Below, piece after piece: positions 48,805 to 60,669 of a DNA stretch of 64,000 nucleotides. Each line of letters starts with the position of its first letter. Position 1 is the first letter of the stretch. The position numbers were made by a program, and so were the translations under genes. The DNA is from Felis catus (taxonomy: Eukaryota): positions 176,640,001 to 176,704,000 of the forward strand of contig NC_058368.1 in the NCBI RefSeq assembly GCF_018350175.1, in the 5' to 3' direction. The notes beneath the pieces are model-generated. The model was not told where the DNA came from and did not search any database. It was given only the letters and a program-made list of their open reading frames with translations.

Positions 48805-49026
48805 GGGGCGCCTGGGTGGCGCAGTCGGTTAAGCGTCCGACTTCAGCCAGGTCACGATCTCGCGGTCCGTGAGTTCGAGCCCCGCGTCGGGCTCTGGGCT
48901 GATGGCTCAGAGCCTGGAGCCTGTTTCTGATTCTGTGTCTCCCTCTCTCTCTGCCCCTCCCCCGTTCATGCTCTGTCTCTCTCTGTCCCAAAAATAAATA
49001 AACGTTGAAAAAAAAAATATTAAAAA
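48805..49026 (+). mobile_element. Young felid Can-SINE inserted in a MIR
   Basis: 'ggtggcgcagtcggttaagcgtccgacttcagccaggtcacg'; TSD aatcttcg at 48795-48802 and 49027-49034. Confidence 0.97.
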
Positions 49027-49339
49027 AATCTTCGCAGTAGCCCTTTAAAGGAGGTACTCCTGTTATCCCTATTTTATAGATGAGGAAACTGAGGTGCAAA
49101 GACATTGAATGACTTACCCAAGGTCTCGCAGCAGCTAATAATGGTACCAGCAGGATTGGAAGCCTGGTGCCTGACTCCAGACACCACAATGAAACACTTC
49201 CTCTCACCCTGCCCTCTGTAACTGTCATGGAAACCCCTGTTGGAAAGGCCCTTTTGTAGAGTTAAGAATTTTGTTCAAGGCCACTCAGAGAGCTAAAGGC
49301 AAAACTGGGACTTGCAGCCACCTGTTGTTTTGCTTTTTG

Positions 49340-49437
49340 GTTTTTTTTTTTTTTAGTTCTTTTCTTTTAAATGTCTGTTTCTGAGGGTGGGAGAGAGAGA
49401 GCGTAAGTGGTGGGGGCAGAGAGAGAGGGAGACAGGC
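49340..49437 (-). mobile_element. Can-SINE 3' fragment
   Basis: poly-T and 'ggggcagagagagagggagacag'. Confidence 0.75.
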
Positions 49438-49499
49438 AAGAACGGTACCTGTACCTCACCTGGAACCTTCACAACCACCTTGGAAAGGAGAGACTTGCA

Positions 49500-49870
49500 T
49501 CGGTCAGGAGAGGCAAAATTATGCTGTGGTAACAAACGGCTACCCACGATACGATTGGCTGAAATAAAAAAAGGGTTTATTTTTGCTCACAATATGTACG
49601 TTACCTCAGGGGCTCTGTTCTCTGCTGTCCTTACTCAAAGACCCAGGCTGAGGGAGGCCCCGTCTCCGTGCGGTTTGGCCAGGACACAAAAAAGAAGGCG
49701 GGGTTCAAGCAGTTAAAGATTCCAACCTGAAAGTGACACGTGTCACTTCTGCCTGCACTTGTTTGGCCACAGCTAGTCACGTGGTGCCACCGGATCACAA
49801 GGGGGCCAGCACATGCAATCTTACTATGTGCATGGAAGGCAGCGAGCCACACGACCTGACCACTCTACCA
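49500..49870 (-). mobile_element. MLT1J-like MaLR solo LTR
   Basis: 'ttatgctgtggtaacaaac', 'gtttatttttgctcac', 'acccaggctga', 'aagtgacacgtgtcacttctgc...ggccacagctagtcacgtgg'. Confidence 0.8.
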
Positions 49871-50141
49871 TTATCCCCATTTTACAGAAGAAAACCACGG
49901 TTCCAGCTAGTAAGGAACAGATTCTGGAGCCAAACCAACCTGGAGCCCATTCTCTTTTGACCACACCTGCCCTGAGGCACAAAGCAGACCCACCGATAAA
50001 AACGCATTTAACCTTACGGTTTACACACATTATCTCAGTATCTCACTCAGCCCTGGTGCAAGGGTCAGAAAAATCCCTCCTAGTTTGCAGCAGAGGAAAC
50101 TGAGTTTCAGAGGAATGTGGTCTTGGTCAAAGTCAAGCAGA

Positions 50142-50352
50142 TTTTTTTTTTTAACGTTTATTTATTTTTGAGAGAGAGAGACGGAGCTTGAGCAGGGGAG
50201 GGGCAGAGAGAGAGGGAGACACAGAACCCGAAGCAGGCTCCAGGCTCCGAGCTGTCAGCACAGAGCCCGACGCGGGGCTCGAACTCACAGAGTGTGAGAT
50301 CGTGACCTGAGCCAAAGTCGGAGGCTCAACTTACTGAGCCACCAGCCGCCCC
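50142..50352 (-). mobile_element. Can-SINE (SINEC_Fc type) inserted in a MIR
   Basis: 'gaagcaggctccaggctccgagctgtcagcacagagcccgacgcggggctcgaactc'. Confidence 0.96.
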
Positions 50353-51865
50353 AAAGCTATGCAGGTTTTTAGAGTTGGGACACTAATAAGAACTTGGTTC
50401 TCCTGGCCTCCAGCGTTTTGTGTGATGTCAGCCCTCCTTCCCCCTCAGCTCACGGACGACAAATAGAAACTTAAGAGTCCTTTTCCTTTCTCCCTCCCAC
50501 CGGGGGAATTGAAGGGACAGAGTTGATGTCAAGATGAAGACACAAGCCAGGCACAGACTAAGGTCAGGGAAGCCGACGGTTCTTCAAAGGCCTCCACTCA
50601 CGACCAGGAACTGGCAGCGATACAGCCCTCACTGAGCTCCTCATCAAGCCTTTGTGTTCCCAGCACCTTCTCCAGTCCCCACAATAGGCAGGAGCCATAG
50701 GCATAATCATTTGGCCCATTCTAGAGATGAGGAAACTGAGGCTCAGAACCTGACAGAGAGCCTGACACAGAAGAGTCAACAAAAGTTTTGTGGTCAAGCG
50801 GCCTAATGGATCAGAGGGGCTACGAGATTAGCCAAAAGGTGGCCAGCTCCTGAAGTCAGGAATTGGTCCAGAACTCTGGTCAGTTTGCCCAGACCTTAGG
50901 TTTACTGAATGAGAGGGAGGCGTGACAAGTGCCACACTGCCCAGGGCAAAAGCCTAGCTGTGCCCTTGGGCAGATTACTTAATTTCTCACCTCCAGTTTC
51001 TCACCTACAAAATCGGGATCAGAAGAGAGTCATGGAGCTGTCACCGAGCTCAGCTGTAAAGCACAGTGGCTGGCACACAGGACAATCTCTATGCAGGTCA
51101 ATTCTTGCTGATGTGGTGATTATCAAGTTTCTAGTCTAAAGAAAAACACTTCAGAAGTCAAAAGAATAGTATACATGAACTAACAGTGAAGACAATTCAT
51201 GTGCCGGAAACAACAGACAGGAAATATAGAAGTTCAATTAGACGACAATGTTGAGCAAAGAGGGTAAGTGTAACTATTGTGACAGAGGTCAAATGGCTCT
51301 TGGCTTTCTCCAAATCTCTTAAAGCACACATCGTTGTAAACGGGCAGGGTTGCTGGGGTTGGTAAACAGTGGCATACCAGTTCTGGGAAACATCTTGGCA
51401 ACATAAATAAAAAGCCATAAAATTGTGACTGCCTGTTAACTTGTAATCCCACTTCTGGGAACTATTGATTATCTAATGATAATCTTAGGAGTTGTTTCCT
51501 TCCATTTTACAAATGGCGGAACGGAGGCGCAGAGAGGTTAAATAACATGCCACAGTCACACAGCTGGGAAGTGAAGGGACCAGAATCCAACCCAGGCTAG
51601 TCTGACTGCAAAACCACACTCTCAACAGCTACACTTTGTGTCCTCAAAAGAATGAGTCTACAGGAGTATCATAATTGTTCCCATTTGCAGAGATGCAATC
51701 TCTATGTGAAAATCCCAAAGAACCTGTGAAAAAGCAATTTGAATTTAGTAGGGTCACAGGACCCAAGGTCAATACATAAAAGTCAATTTAACTTCTCTAC
51801 TTTGGCAACAAACAATTGAGATTAGAATTTTTTTTTTTTTTCAGTACAATTTAAAATAGCATCAA

Positions 51866-51983
51866 GGGGCTCCTGGGTGGCTTAGTCAGTTAAGCATCCA
51901 ACTTTGGCTCAGGTCACAATCTCGAGGTTTGTAAGTTTGAGCCCCACATCAGACTGCACTGATAGTGGGGAGCCTGCTTGGGA

Positions 51984-52019
<36 letters not shown>

Positions 52020-52073
52020 GCCCCTCCCCTGCTTGTGCTATCTCTCTCTAAATAAATAAATAAACTTTAAAAA
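51866..52073 (+). mobile_element. Can-SINE (older type)
   Basis: outer TSD aaaatagcatcaa at 51853-51865 and 52301-52313. Confidence 0.95.
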
Positions 52074-52082
52074 AATCTTTAA

Positions 52083-52293
52083 GGGGTGCCTGGGTGGTTC
52101 AGTTGGTTGAGCGTCCAATCTTGGCTCAGGTCATGATCTCATGGTTCGTGGGTTCGAGCCCCGCATCGGGCTCTGTGCTGACAGCTCAGAGCCTGGAGCC
52201 TGCTTCAGATTCTATGTCTCCCTCTCTCTCTGCCCCTTCCCCACTCATTCTCTCTTTCTCTCTCTCGGAATAAATAAACATTAAAAAAATTTT
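52083..52293 (+). mobile_element. Can-SINE (SINEC_Fc type) inserted in the tail of the previous copy
   Basis: inner TSD aatctttaa at 52074-52082 and 52294-52302. Confidence 0.95.
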
Positions 52294-53416
52294 AATCTTT
52301 AAAATAGCATCAAAAAACATGAAATACTTATAGATAAACTCAACAAAATATGCACAAGATCTATGTACTGAAAACTATAAAATGATAAAGTATTAAGAGA
52401 CATCAAAGAAGACCGAGATAAAGAAAGAGATATACTGTGTTTATGGGTTGGAAGACTTAATATAGTTAGATCTCTTCGAATTGATCTATAGATTCAACAT
52501 AGTATCAATTTATATCCAAATAGCCTTTTTTTTCTGAGAGGCTGATTCTAAGATTTATATGGAAGGCAAAAGAACTAGAATAGCCAAAATGATTTTGAAA
52601 AAAAGAACAAAGTTGGACAACTTATGTTACCTTGTTACCTGATTTCAAGACGTCTTATAAAGCTCTGGTAATCGAGGCAGTGTGGTCCTGGTATAAAGGT
52701 TAGACCCATCAATAAATGGAAAGAAGAGATAGTTCAGGAGTCCAGAGCCCAACAGTTTAGCAGAAGTAAATCGACAGGTATGGTGGCCAATTAATTTTCA
52801 GCAAAGATGCAAAGGTAATTCAATGGAGAAAGAATAGTCTTTCTAACAAATGATATTGGAACAATTGGACATACAAAAAAATGAACCTCAGTCCCTTTCT
52901 CACACCATATACAAAAAAAAAAAAAAAACTTGAAATTAATCATAGACCTAAATGTACGAAACTTAAAACTGTAAAACTTCGAGAAGAAAACACAGAAGAA
53001 CAATCTTTGTGAGTTTGTTTTAGGCAACGATTCCTTAGGACACAAAAAGCACAAACTATAAAAGAAAAAAAAAATAGGTAGGTTGGATTTTATCAAATTT
53101 AAAATTTTTGCTCTTGAAAATTTATTATTAAGAGAATGAAAAACAAGTCACAGGCTGGAGAAAATACTTGCAAAATACATTAGCTGATAAAAATCTCTAT
53201 CCCAAATATATAAAGGACTCCTACAACTCAATACTAAGAAAAGAAACAATCCAATGTTTTAAATGGACAAAAGATTTGAACGTGTACTTCACCAAAATGA
53301 GGTGATGTGGCTGGCAAAAAATGCTCACTCAACATCATTAGTCACCACATAAATGTGCATTTCAACCACAATGAGGTGGCACTACACACGTATTAGAATG
53401 GTGAAAAATGTCTTTA

Positions 53417-53632
53417 TTTTTTCTTTTTTCAACGTTTATTTATTTTTGGGACAGAGAGAGACAGAGCTTGAACGGGGGAGGGGCAGAGAGAGAGGGAGAC
53501 ACAGAATCAGAAACAGGCTCCAGACTCCGAGCCATCAGCCCAGAGCCCGACGCGGGGCTCGAACTCCCAGACCGCGAGATCGTGACCTGGCTGAAGTCGG
53601 ACGCTTAACCGACTGCGCCACCCAGGCGCCCC
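53417..53632 (-). mobile_element. Young felid Can-SINE, full length
   Basis: perfect 14-bp TSD gaaaaatgtcttta at 53403-53416 and 53633-53646. Confidence 0.97.
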
Positions 53633-54320
53633 GAAAAATGTCTTTAAATGCTGGCAATACCAAGTGCTGGCGGGGATAGGGAGCAACCGGAACCCTCATT
53701 ACTCTGTTTGTACAGCCGCTTTGAAAAACAGTTTAGCAGTTTCTTACGAATTTCAACACGTGACCCGAGTCTGTTACTCCTAGGTATTTAGGAAGAGCTA
53801 CCCAAGAGAAATTAAATACATCCACACAAAGACCCACATGCAATGACTTACAGCGGCTTTATGAATAATAGCCCCAAACTCAAAACAACCCAACGTCCAC
53901 CCATGAAGATACATTGACACAGCGGAATACTACCCAGCCGTATTACAAATGATTTACCAACGCATAAGCAGCAATGTGGATGAATCTCAAAGCTTTCACG
54001 CACGCGAAAGAAGTCAGACACAAAAAAGCTACATTCGGTAGGATTCCATTTCTACAATATTCTGAAAAAGACTAAGACCAAGGTACAGTGACAGAAATCA
54101 GGTCAGCTATTGCCAGGGGCTGGGGCTGGGGGCGGGACTGCTTGCCGAGGAACAAGAAGGTACTTTTGGCAATGATGGGAAATTCTCAATATCTTGATTG
54201 TACTGGAGGTTACACAACCATACACGGTTGTCAAAACCCATCAAATGGTACAACTAAAAAGTGTGACTTTTACTCTAGCTGAATTATGCTTCTATAAACC
54301 TGACTTAAAAAAAAAAAAGA

Positions 54321-54540
54321 GGGGCGCCTGGGTGGCTCAGTCGGTTGGTTAAGCGTCCGACTTCGACTCAGGTCATGACCTCGCGGTCTGTGAATTCGAG
54401 CCCTGCGTCGGGCTCTGTGCTGACAGCTCAGAGCCTGGAGCCTGTTTCAGATTCTGTGTCTCCCTCTCACTGACCCTCCCCCGTTCATGCTCTGTCTCTC
54501 CCTGTCTCAAAAATAAATAAACGTTAGAAAAAAAAATTAA
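54321..54540 (+). mobile_element. Can-SINE (SINEC_Fc) inserted in the L1 A tail
   Basis: head carries a 4-bp duplication 'ggttggtt'; flanked by A(n)GA on both sides. Confidence 0.96.
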
Positions 54541-54690
54541 AAAAAAAAAAGATGTACACCAAACAAAACGTGCATTTGACAACAAAAACGTATTGGGTAT
54601 CTTCTGTGTCCATCAACAAGATGAACAAGGGTCTTCCTCCCACAAAGCTGATGTCCCTCTGTCATGCATGCATGTGGGTGCGTGTGTGCA

Positions 54691-54694
<4 letters not shown>

Positions 54695-54729
<35 letters not shown>
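54695..54729. repeat. (TG)17 microsatellite
   Basis: perfect dinucleotide run with a degenerate TG/CA flank. Confidence 0.95.
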
Positions 54730-54730
<1 letters not shown>

Positions 54731-55140
54731 ACAGTCAGTACGTTTACTGTTTTCATGAGTTGAAGTCGCTAGTTTCTGTCCACTTTTGTTTGCTCTCTGG
54801 CATCTTTAAACTGCTTTAAAATTTTGTCCAGAGTTTATAGTTGCTGTCTGTGGACGGATGAGTCTGATACAAGCTACTCCAGCAGGACCAGAACCAAATC
54901 TGGAGTGAGACCAGAATGAAGATACTAAGAATCCTGTGATGACCCTTGAGACATATGGCAAATAAGTCCACAACAGGCACGTGTGACTGATGAGTAGATG
55001 TATTACTCAGACGTTTTTGCGTTTCACAACATGCCGGCGATCCTGATTACGTACGGCGCTGTCCGGAAATAGAAAATAATGAGTGTGTTCCACTTTTTCA
55101 TACAAATATTTATTTATTTAGTCCTTCATTCAACAAACAA

Positions 55141-56328
55141 GAGCTATGGCAGGGCCAGTGTAGGATGCAAATTCAGAGCTCCTTGTTCAAAGAACAGGAA
55201 AAACGTGCTCATAAAAAAAAAAAAAGGCACATCGAGAGTTTCTTCTTTTCCACCATGGTCTCTCTCTTGATTTCCCATGGGCTGTTGCTTTGCTATTTGG
55301 TGTCATTCTAAGTAAAGAAAAATACAGATTTTAAATTATTAGCATGAATTTACTGTTCATCTGTACACTGTTCAATTCCAGTTCTAAATGTAAATACCAG
55401 GGCATTCAATTCATAAACAAAATCACTAAAATTGCACAATTTGTATTATGTGGTTCATCCCAGATGGGTGCCTAGAGCTAGCCACAGGAGATAAACAAGT
55501 CAGACACAGGAAGGTTGAAAGAAGGAGAGGAGACAGCCTGCTCCCCACCCCCCCGCCCCACCCCTCCAGGCACAGAGCCAGCTGCGGGAGCACTCTCAGA
55601 GGCCTGGAACTAGCAAGGAGAGCGCAGAAGCTCACAGGCGCCCATGGGTCATCCCTGTTAAGTGCCTACATTCTTATTTAATGAATGCTGGGTTCACCCC
55701 CCACCCCCACCCCAGTCACTAGCCCGACACCGTGCTCTAACCCAGGCAGGGTCTGGGGAAGTCCAGCCAGGCATCTCTCCTTCCCACAGTCTGCTACCCA
55801 ACCCACGGCAGATGAGTGATCCTCGAGGATCTTTAAGCCTTGATGCTAACATGGGCTTGGAACCTGGATCAGGCTTGACCTCTTTGAGACACAGCCTCTG
55901 GCTGGCCACCCACCACCGTTGTACTTAACCCAGGGTGGGGACCATGCCAGTTACAAGATGTTATCAAGTGTCTATGCCTGACCACAACCCTCCATACGCC
56001 TGTGCTCATGCCCCTGCAGGGCAGAGGGCAGCAGTGCTCATGGGCGGGGAGTGGGGGGGCGGGGAGTGGGGGGGCACCACAGGGCAGAACAGTAAGCGTC
56101 CAAGAACCCATCCTGGAAGGCAATGGAAGGCAGGACTGCACCTGAGCTGAGGTTCCAAGCACCCAGGGCATGTCCCATCACACTTCACTTACAAAACGCA
56201 AATCAAAGATACAATCATCAAGAATTTCAAGATGATGAACACAGAGCATTAAAACCCAAGCACAAGGCCCTTCTGAGCACAGGGCCCTGTTTGACTGCGA
56301 TGGTCACAGGTCCATAAAGCTGGCCCTG
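55141..56328 (-). mobile_element. MER45-family (hAT-Tip100) DNA transposon
   Basis: left 'gggccagtgtaggatgcaaattcagagctccttgttcaaa', 'ttctaagtaaagaaaaa...ttaaattattagcatgaatt'; right 'aagaatttcaagatg...agagcattaaaacccaagcacaaggcccttctgagcacagggccctg...aagctggccctg'; interior assignment uncertain. Confidence 0.7.
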
Positions 56329-57329
56329 GCTGGAGCCCAGGTGCAGGGATAATTCAGGCACAATCCCCGACTTCGTGTATTCTCGGGGTACAAGCAAATG
56401 CCAGGCACTAGTGTTAGGCACTAGAAGGAGAGAAGAGACCTCCAGGAAAGGCGTCCCTGCCCTTGGCAGGCTCGCAGCCTAGTCCTTCGCTTGGTAAATA
56501 GGACCCACAGGAGCCCAGGAGGAGGGGCTCTGAGCCCAGCCTCAGGGGTCCACAGAAGCCTGTGAGAAAAGTGGCACTTCTGCTGAGACCTGGACGATAA
56601 GGTGGCCAGGGGAACAGATGGAGAAAGAGCTTGTCAGGCAAAAGGAATTGGGTGTGCCAAAGCCCGAGGCTGGAGCGAGCCTGGCATGCCGGAGGTACTG
56701 AAAGAACGCATCATTATTCAGATAGGCACCGTGCCATTCCAAGGAGAAGTCCAAACTGGTTTTTTATTGTAATCTCAGTCGCCTGTTTATTACCGTGACA
56801 TGAAATGCCGTTGCCGATGACCCACCTGGAACACACTGTGTCTGCGAGCCTTGTGGGCGGCTATTACTGAAAGTACAAGTAGTGCCTGACTCTCCCGTTT
56901 CATTTATAGCGCGGTCTCCCCCACAAATGGGCTCTGCCTGCCGGATTCAGTCAAGGGCACTGCCGGCCACCAGATGCCAAGCTAGGGCTGAGGCTCCTGA
57001 CCCACTCCCAACTCCTCACATCAGTTGGGCGCATCGGGTCTCCCAGCACCTACACCTGCAGCCCCAGCCCCCAAGACCACGGCCACAGCCCCACCCACAT
57101 CTCCTCCACAACCAAAGCTTCACCCCAGTGGCCCAGCCCCCTTCAATCGCAGGCAGGACTAAGGACTCCTCCGACAGCGCGGCTGCAAGGCTCAGAAGTC
57201 ACTCGGATTGGACTAGTTTGGGTCACGTGCTCACCTCTGAACCAATCCTAGAGCCAGGGAGAGTCCGTGTGCCAAAGGGCAGGTCGGGAGAAGGGGGCGG
57301 GTCCCTTTGCTGTTAATTTCCCGCTCTGA

Positions 57330-57890
57330 GGCTGGGGTTGTGGAAAGAACACCGTTTGGGGATGAGACAAACCTAGGTTCTGGTTCTGGCTTTTCTTTTT
57401 TGCTGTCTGTGGGTCTCGGGGCTACGCCTTCCTTGAGCCTTATGTCCTTCTTTTATAACAATGCAGATAAGATGAGGATTAAATACACGTAAAGTGCCTG
57501 GAATGTGGTAAGTGCTCAATAAATCCTCATTAACAGCTACACAAACAATGTCTTGCACCCACACAAAAATACAACCTCTGAAAACGCTGTTTCATTTTTC
57601 TGGAATGTACTCCTCTTTCTTATGAGCACACCCCCTCAAGTCCCGTTTTCCACACTCACCCCCACCGGTTGCCCGCTCTGTGCACCGTTAAATTACCAGA
57701 GTGGTTAAGAACATGGGCTTAGCGTCAGAAATGACCAAGTTCAAATCCATTGAACTTCTCTGCATTCCACTTTCTTCCATTTGTAAAATGAGCGTAACAA
57801 TACCTATCTCACAGGTCTGCTGTGAGCATTCAGTGAGATCATTCATGCAAAGCCCCCAGCACGTAGGTGCTCAATGAAGATGAGTTTTTA
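57330..57890 (+). mobile_element. Two MIR SINEs (57330-57540 and 57695-57890)
   Basis: 'gaggattaaa...gtaaagtgcctggaatgtggtaagtgctcaataaa'; 'gtggttaagaacatgggcttagcgtcaga...atttgtaaaatgag'. Confidence 0.8.
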
Positions 57891-58924
57891 TTTTACGCAT
57901 CCCACCATTTTGTAATTTTTCACATGCCAGCCTCTTATAATAGAATGTGAACTTGTAGATGGCAAGGGCTCTACTTGACCCACCTTTGTTTCACTTTTAC
58001 CTGTGACCCTACCCCCGATACCCAACCAGGGACTGGTTCCAAATTGGTGCCCTAGAAATGTTTCCAGGATGCTTGGATAAGAGCCAATGCTTGCTGCAGA
58101 AAAGCTGCCTGCCTGCTGCAAAGAGGATGAGGTGGACCATTCTTTTTCATTCCCACTCACCCCCTTTCTCGCTTGCCAGCTGTTCTTACTGACTGTTCTG
58201 GGGTTGGGTGGGCACAGCAGGGAGAAGAGAGGAGAGGTGAGCAGAGAGGAAAGGGCTCATTTGACAGTTCTGCCTTAAGCTGCCCTCTACTCATCTAAAG
58301 ATGACTCTTGTGAGGTGCTTTTGTGAATTCTTCAGAGACCCGCCCCCCAAAAACTAATTCCTCAATATGGGGGGACATTCTATCTTGGGGATCATTTCTT
58401 CCTCCATCTATAGCCTTTTGGAATCACTTCCAGCTGTTGAGGGCCTACCTTTTCCAGGTGGTCCTTTTGGACAGACCTAGGATGCTCTCATACCAGCCCT
58501 CTCAACCAGGTGGCCCCATTTAGTCCATGGGAAACACTCATATATATGCCTTCCCTGAAACACTTGGGGCGTTGGCCAGTCCCCGTGCAGTATCCACCTT
58601 GCTTCCATGTCTGTGTCTAGAGCAGTCAGCAAGATATTCTTACCTTGTAGATTTCCCAGGCCCTACCTGTATCCCTGAACGGCAAGGGACAGAGGTCAAG
58701 TCCATTTGCCACACAGGAAGTGGCGGTTCAGCAAGGTTAAGTCATGATCATATAGCTAGGAACTTGTAGAACCAAGATTTGTAATCAAGACATCCAACAA
58801 GAGATCTCCCTTTTAAATAATACCCTTTGCTGCCTGGTGACATGAAATATGCACTTCAATTGCAAGATGCGTCCTGATCGCAGAAACATAAAATCCCCCA
58901 CCATTCTAAAATACAGTATATACA

Positions 58925-59180
58925 CATAAAGCCCTTCACTCTGGGAATTTGCTGGCGAGACACCTCTGGCAATAAAGGCTTTTAGCCCACGCTTTCCCCC
59001 TCACTCCTTCTGCCTCCTGACCAACCCTGATGCACCCCTCTGTGGCCCTGCATGCTGAGCAGTGCCTCCTGTTTCTAGGGATCTGTGAATATAAAAACTT
59101 CTCCCTTCACGACCATCATTTCCATGTCTGTGTGTCGCTACCGTACCTGACTGAAACAAATTGTGGGTACATTTAAAACA
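58925..59180 (+). mobile_element. ERVL LTR fragment (MER74/MER73-like)
   Basis: 'gcacccctctgtggccctgcatg...ctagggatctgtga', end 'cctgactgaaacaaattgtgggtacatttaaaaca'. Confidence 0.55.
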
Positions 59181-59799
59181 GAAGGCTTGGGTTCAAATCC
59201 CTGTCTTGCCACTCACCTGCAGTGGGACCCAGGCCAATATCTTCTTCTCTCTGAGCCTCAGTTGCTGCACTGAGAAAAACGGGGGTGAGAAGAATAGTAA
59301 CTCGTTCATGGGGTTGTTTGGAGGAATTGTAAACCCCAAACAAAAGATAACCCACACACTCAACTCAAAAACACTCTGTCCATATGAGCTATTATTGTGT
59401 TAGTCCTTACTAGGGGTAGGTTAGTGCATAAAGAGCAGGGGGGCTTCAGGTCAAGGCCATAGATAGAGACTGCTTTGATGGAAGCACACTCCTTAGTCTG
59501 AAATTCAGGCGGGAGAGCAGTCATGGAGACTGGGAAAGCAAGGAACATTCCATAGAACCACAGGTAGGGGGACAGCACTCCCAAATGAGAGCCTCAGTTT
59601 GTTCATCAAGCTCTTCTCCCCAATTCTGGCCTAGCTGAGGACTTCACCACAAGGAGAGAGGGAATTAGGGAGAGGAGACAGAAAATCAGACTCTAAAATC
59701 ATTACATCAAATCCCAGAATTCAGCTACCAAGGAAGAACTTACACACTTAACTCTGAGCTTTCCTGGCTATTCTCTGCAAGTACTTTCAAAAATCTTCA

Positions 59800-60420
59800 A
59801 AAAAAAATTGATAATATCCAGTGTGAGTGAAGGAGCAGAGAGCTGGGCCCTCCTGTGCCCTGTTAGAGGTTGTGTAAATCAATGTGACTTTCCAAGTGGC
59901 AATTCAGCATTGAGAATCAAGTGTCCTAAACAGGTATGCGATTCTTTGGCCAAGCAATTCCACTCTTAGAATTTATCTTAAGGATTAACTCCGACAAGTG
60001 CGCTAAGACGTATATACAATGATATCCATCACAGTAGTGTTTATAACAGCAAAATACTGGAAATGATCTAAATATCCATCAATAAGGGATTGTCTAAATA
60101 AAACGTTACATCCTTACTATGGAATGTCGTGAAGACTTCTACAAAGGATGTTGCAAATCTCCATTTGTTGACAGTGGAAAGATACCCATGGTATGTTGTT
60201 GAGTGGGGAAAAAAAAAAGTTGCGGAACAGCACGTATAGCATGAGCATATTTCTGTCAAATTACACACATCTGTAAGTCTACATGTAAACATGCAGAGAG
60301 AGAAATTTGGAGGGCAGAAATCCCAAATGCAGACAGTGGTTGTCTCTGGGTAGTGAGATTTGGGGGATTTTTGCTTTCTTCTTTATACTCTTGTTCGGCA
60401 ACAAGATATATGCCATTTTA
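59800..60420 (+). mobile_element. L1ME-like 3' fragment
   Basis: 'agcaattccactcttagaatttatc', 'ctaaatatccatcaataagggattg', 'cagtggttgtctctggg'. Confidence 0.8.
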
Positions 60421-60437
60421 TTCAGCAGAATTCCTAG

Positions 60438-60669
60438 AATGGTATTTCTCAACCTCAGCGTTGGAAAATTCTTGGTCTGGGAAGTTCTTCGTTGTGCGGG
60501 ACTGTCCTGTACATCGTAAAATGTTACAGCATCCCTGACCTCTACCCACTGGATGCCAGTAGGACTTCGCCATCCCCCAAGTTGTGACAACGAAATGTCG
60601 TTACCAAATGTCTTCTGTTGGGGGGGGAGGGGGGCGGGGGACAGGATCATGCCTGGCTGAGAACCACTC
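60438..60669 (-). mobile_element. MER20 (hAT-Charlie), near full length
   Basis: 'tttctcaacctcagc...cagcatccctgacctctacccactggatgccagtag...agttgtgacaac...ggctgagaaccact'. Confidence 0.88.

Larger units (their letters stand above)
51660..54318 (+). mobile_element. Old L1 (L1MC/MD-like) ORF2 3' half and 3' UTR, carrying three internal SINEs
   Basis: A-rich sense L1 text ('gcaaaggtaattcaatggagaaagaatagtcttt', 'aatcatagacctaaatgta'), end 'gaattatgcttctataaacctgacttaaaaaaa'; no intact ORF. Confidence 0.88.

Noticed and set aside
1733..60640. Many long G or C homopolymers (e.g. 1733, 8321, 12535, 24294, 31249, 60619)
   Set aside because: Slippage products in GC-rich DNA with unreliable lengths; no common context.
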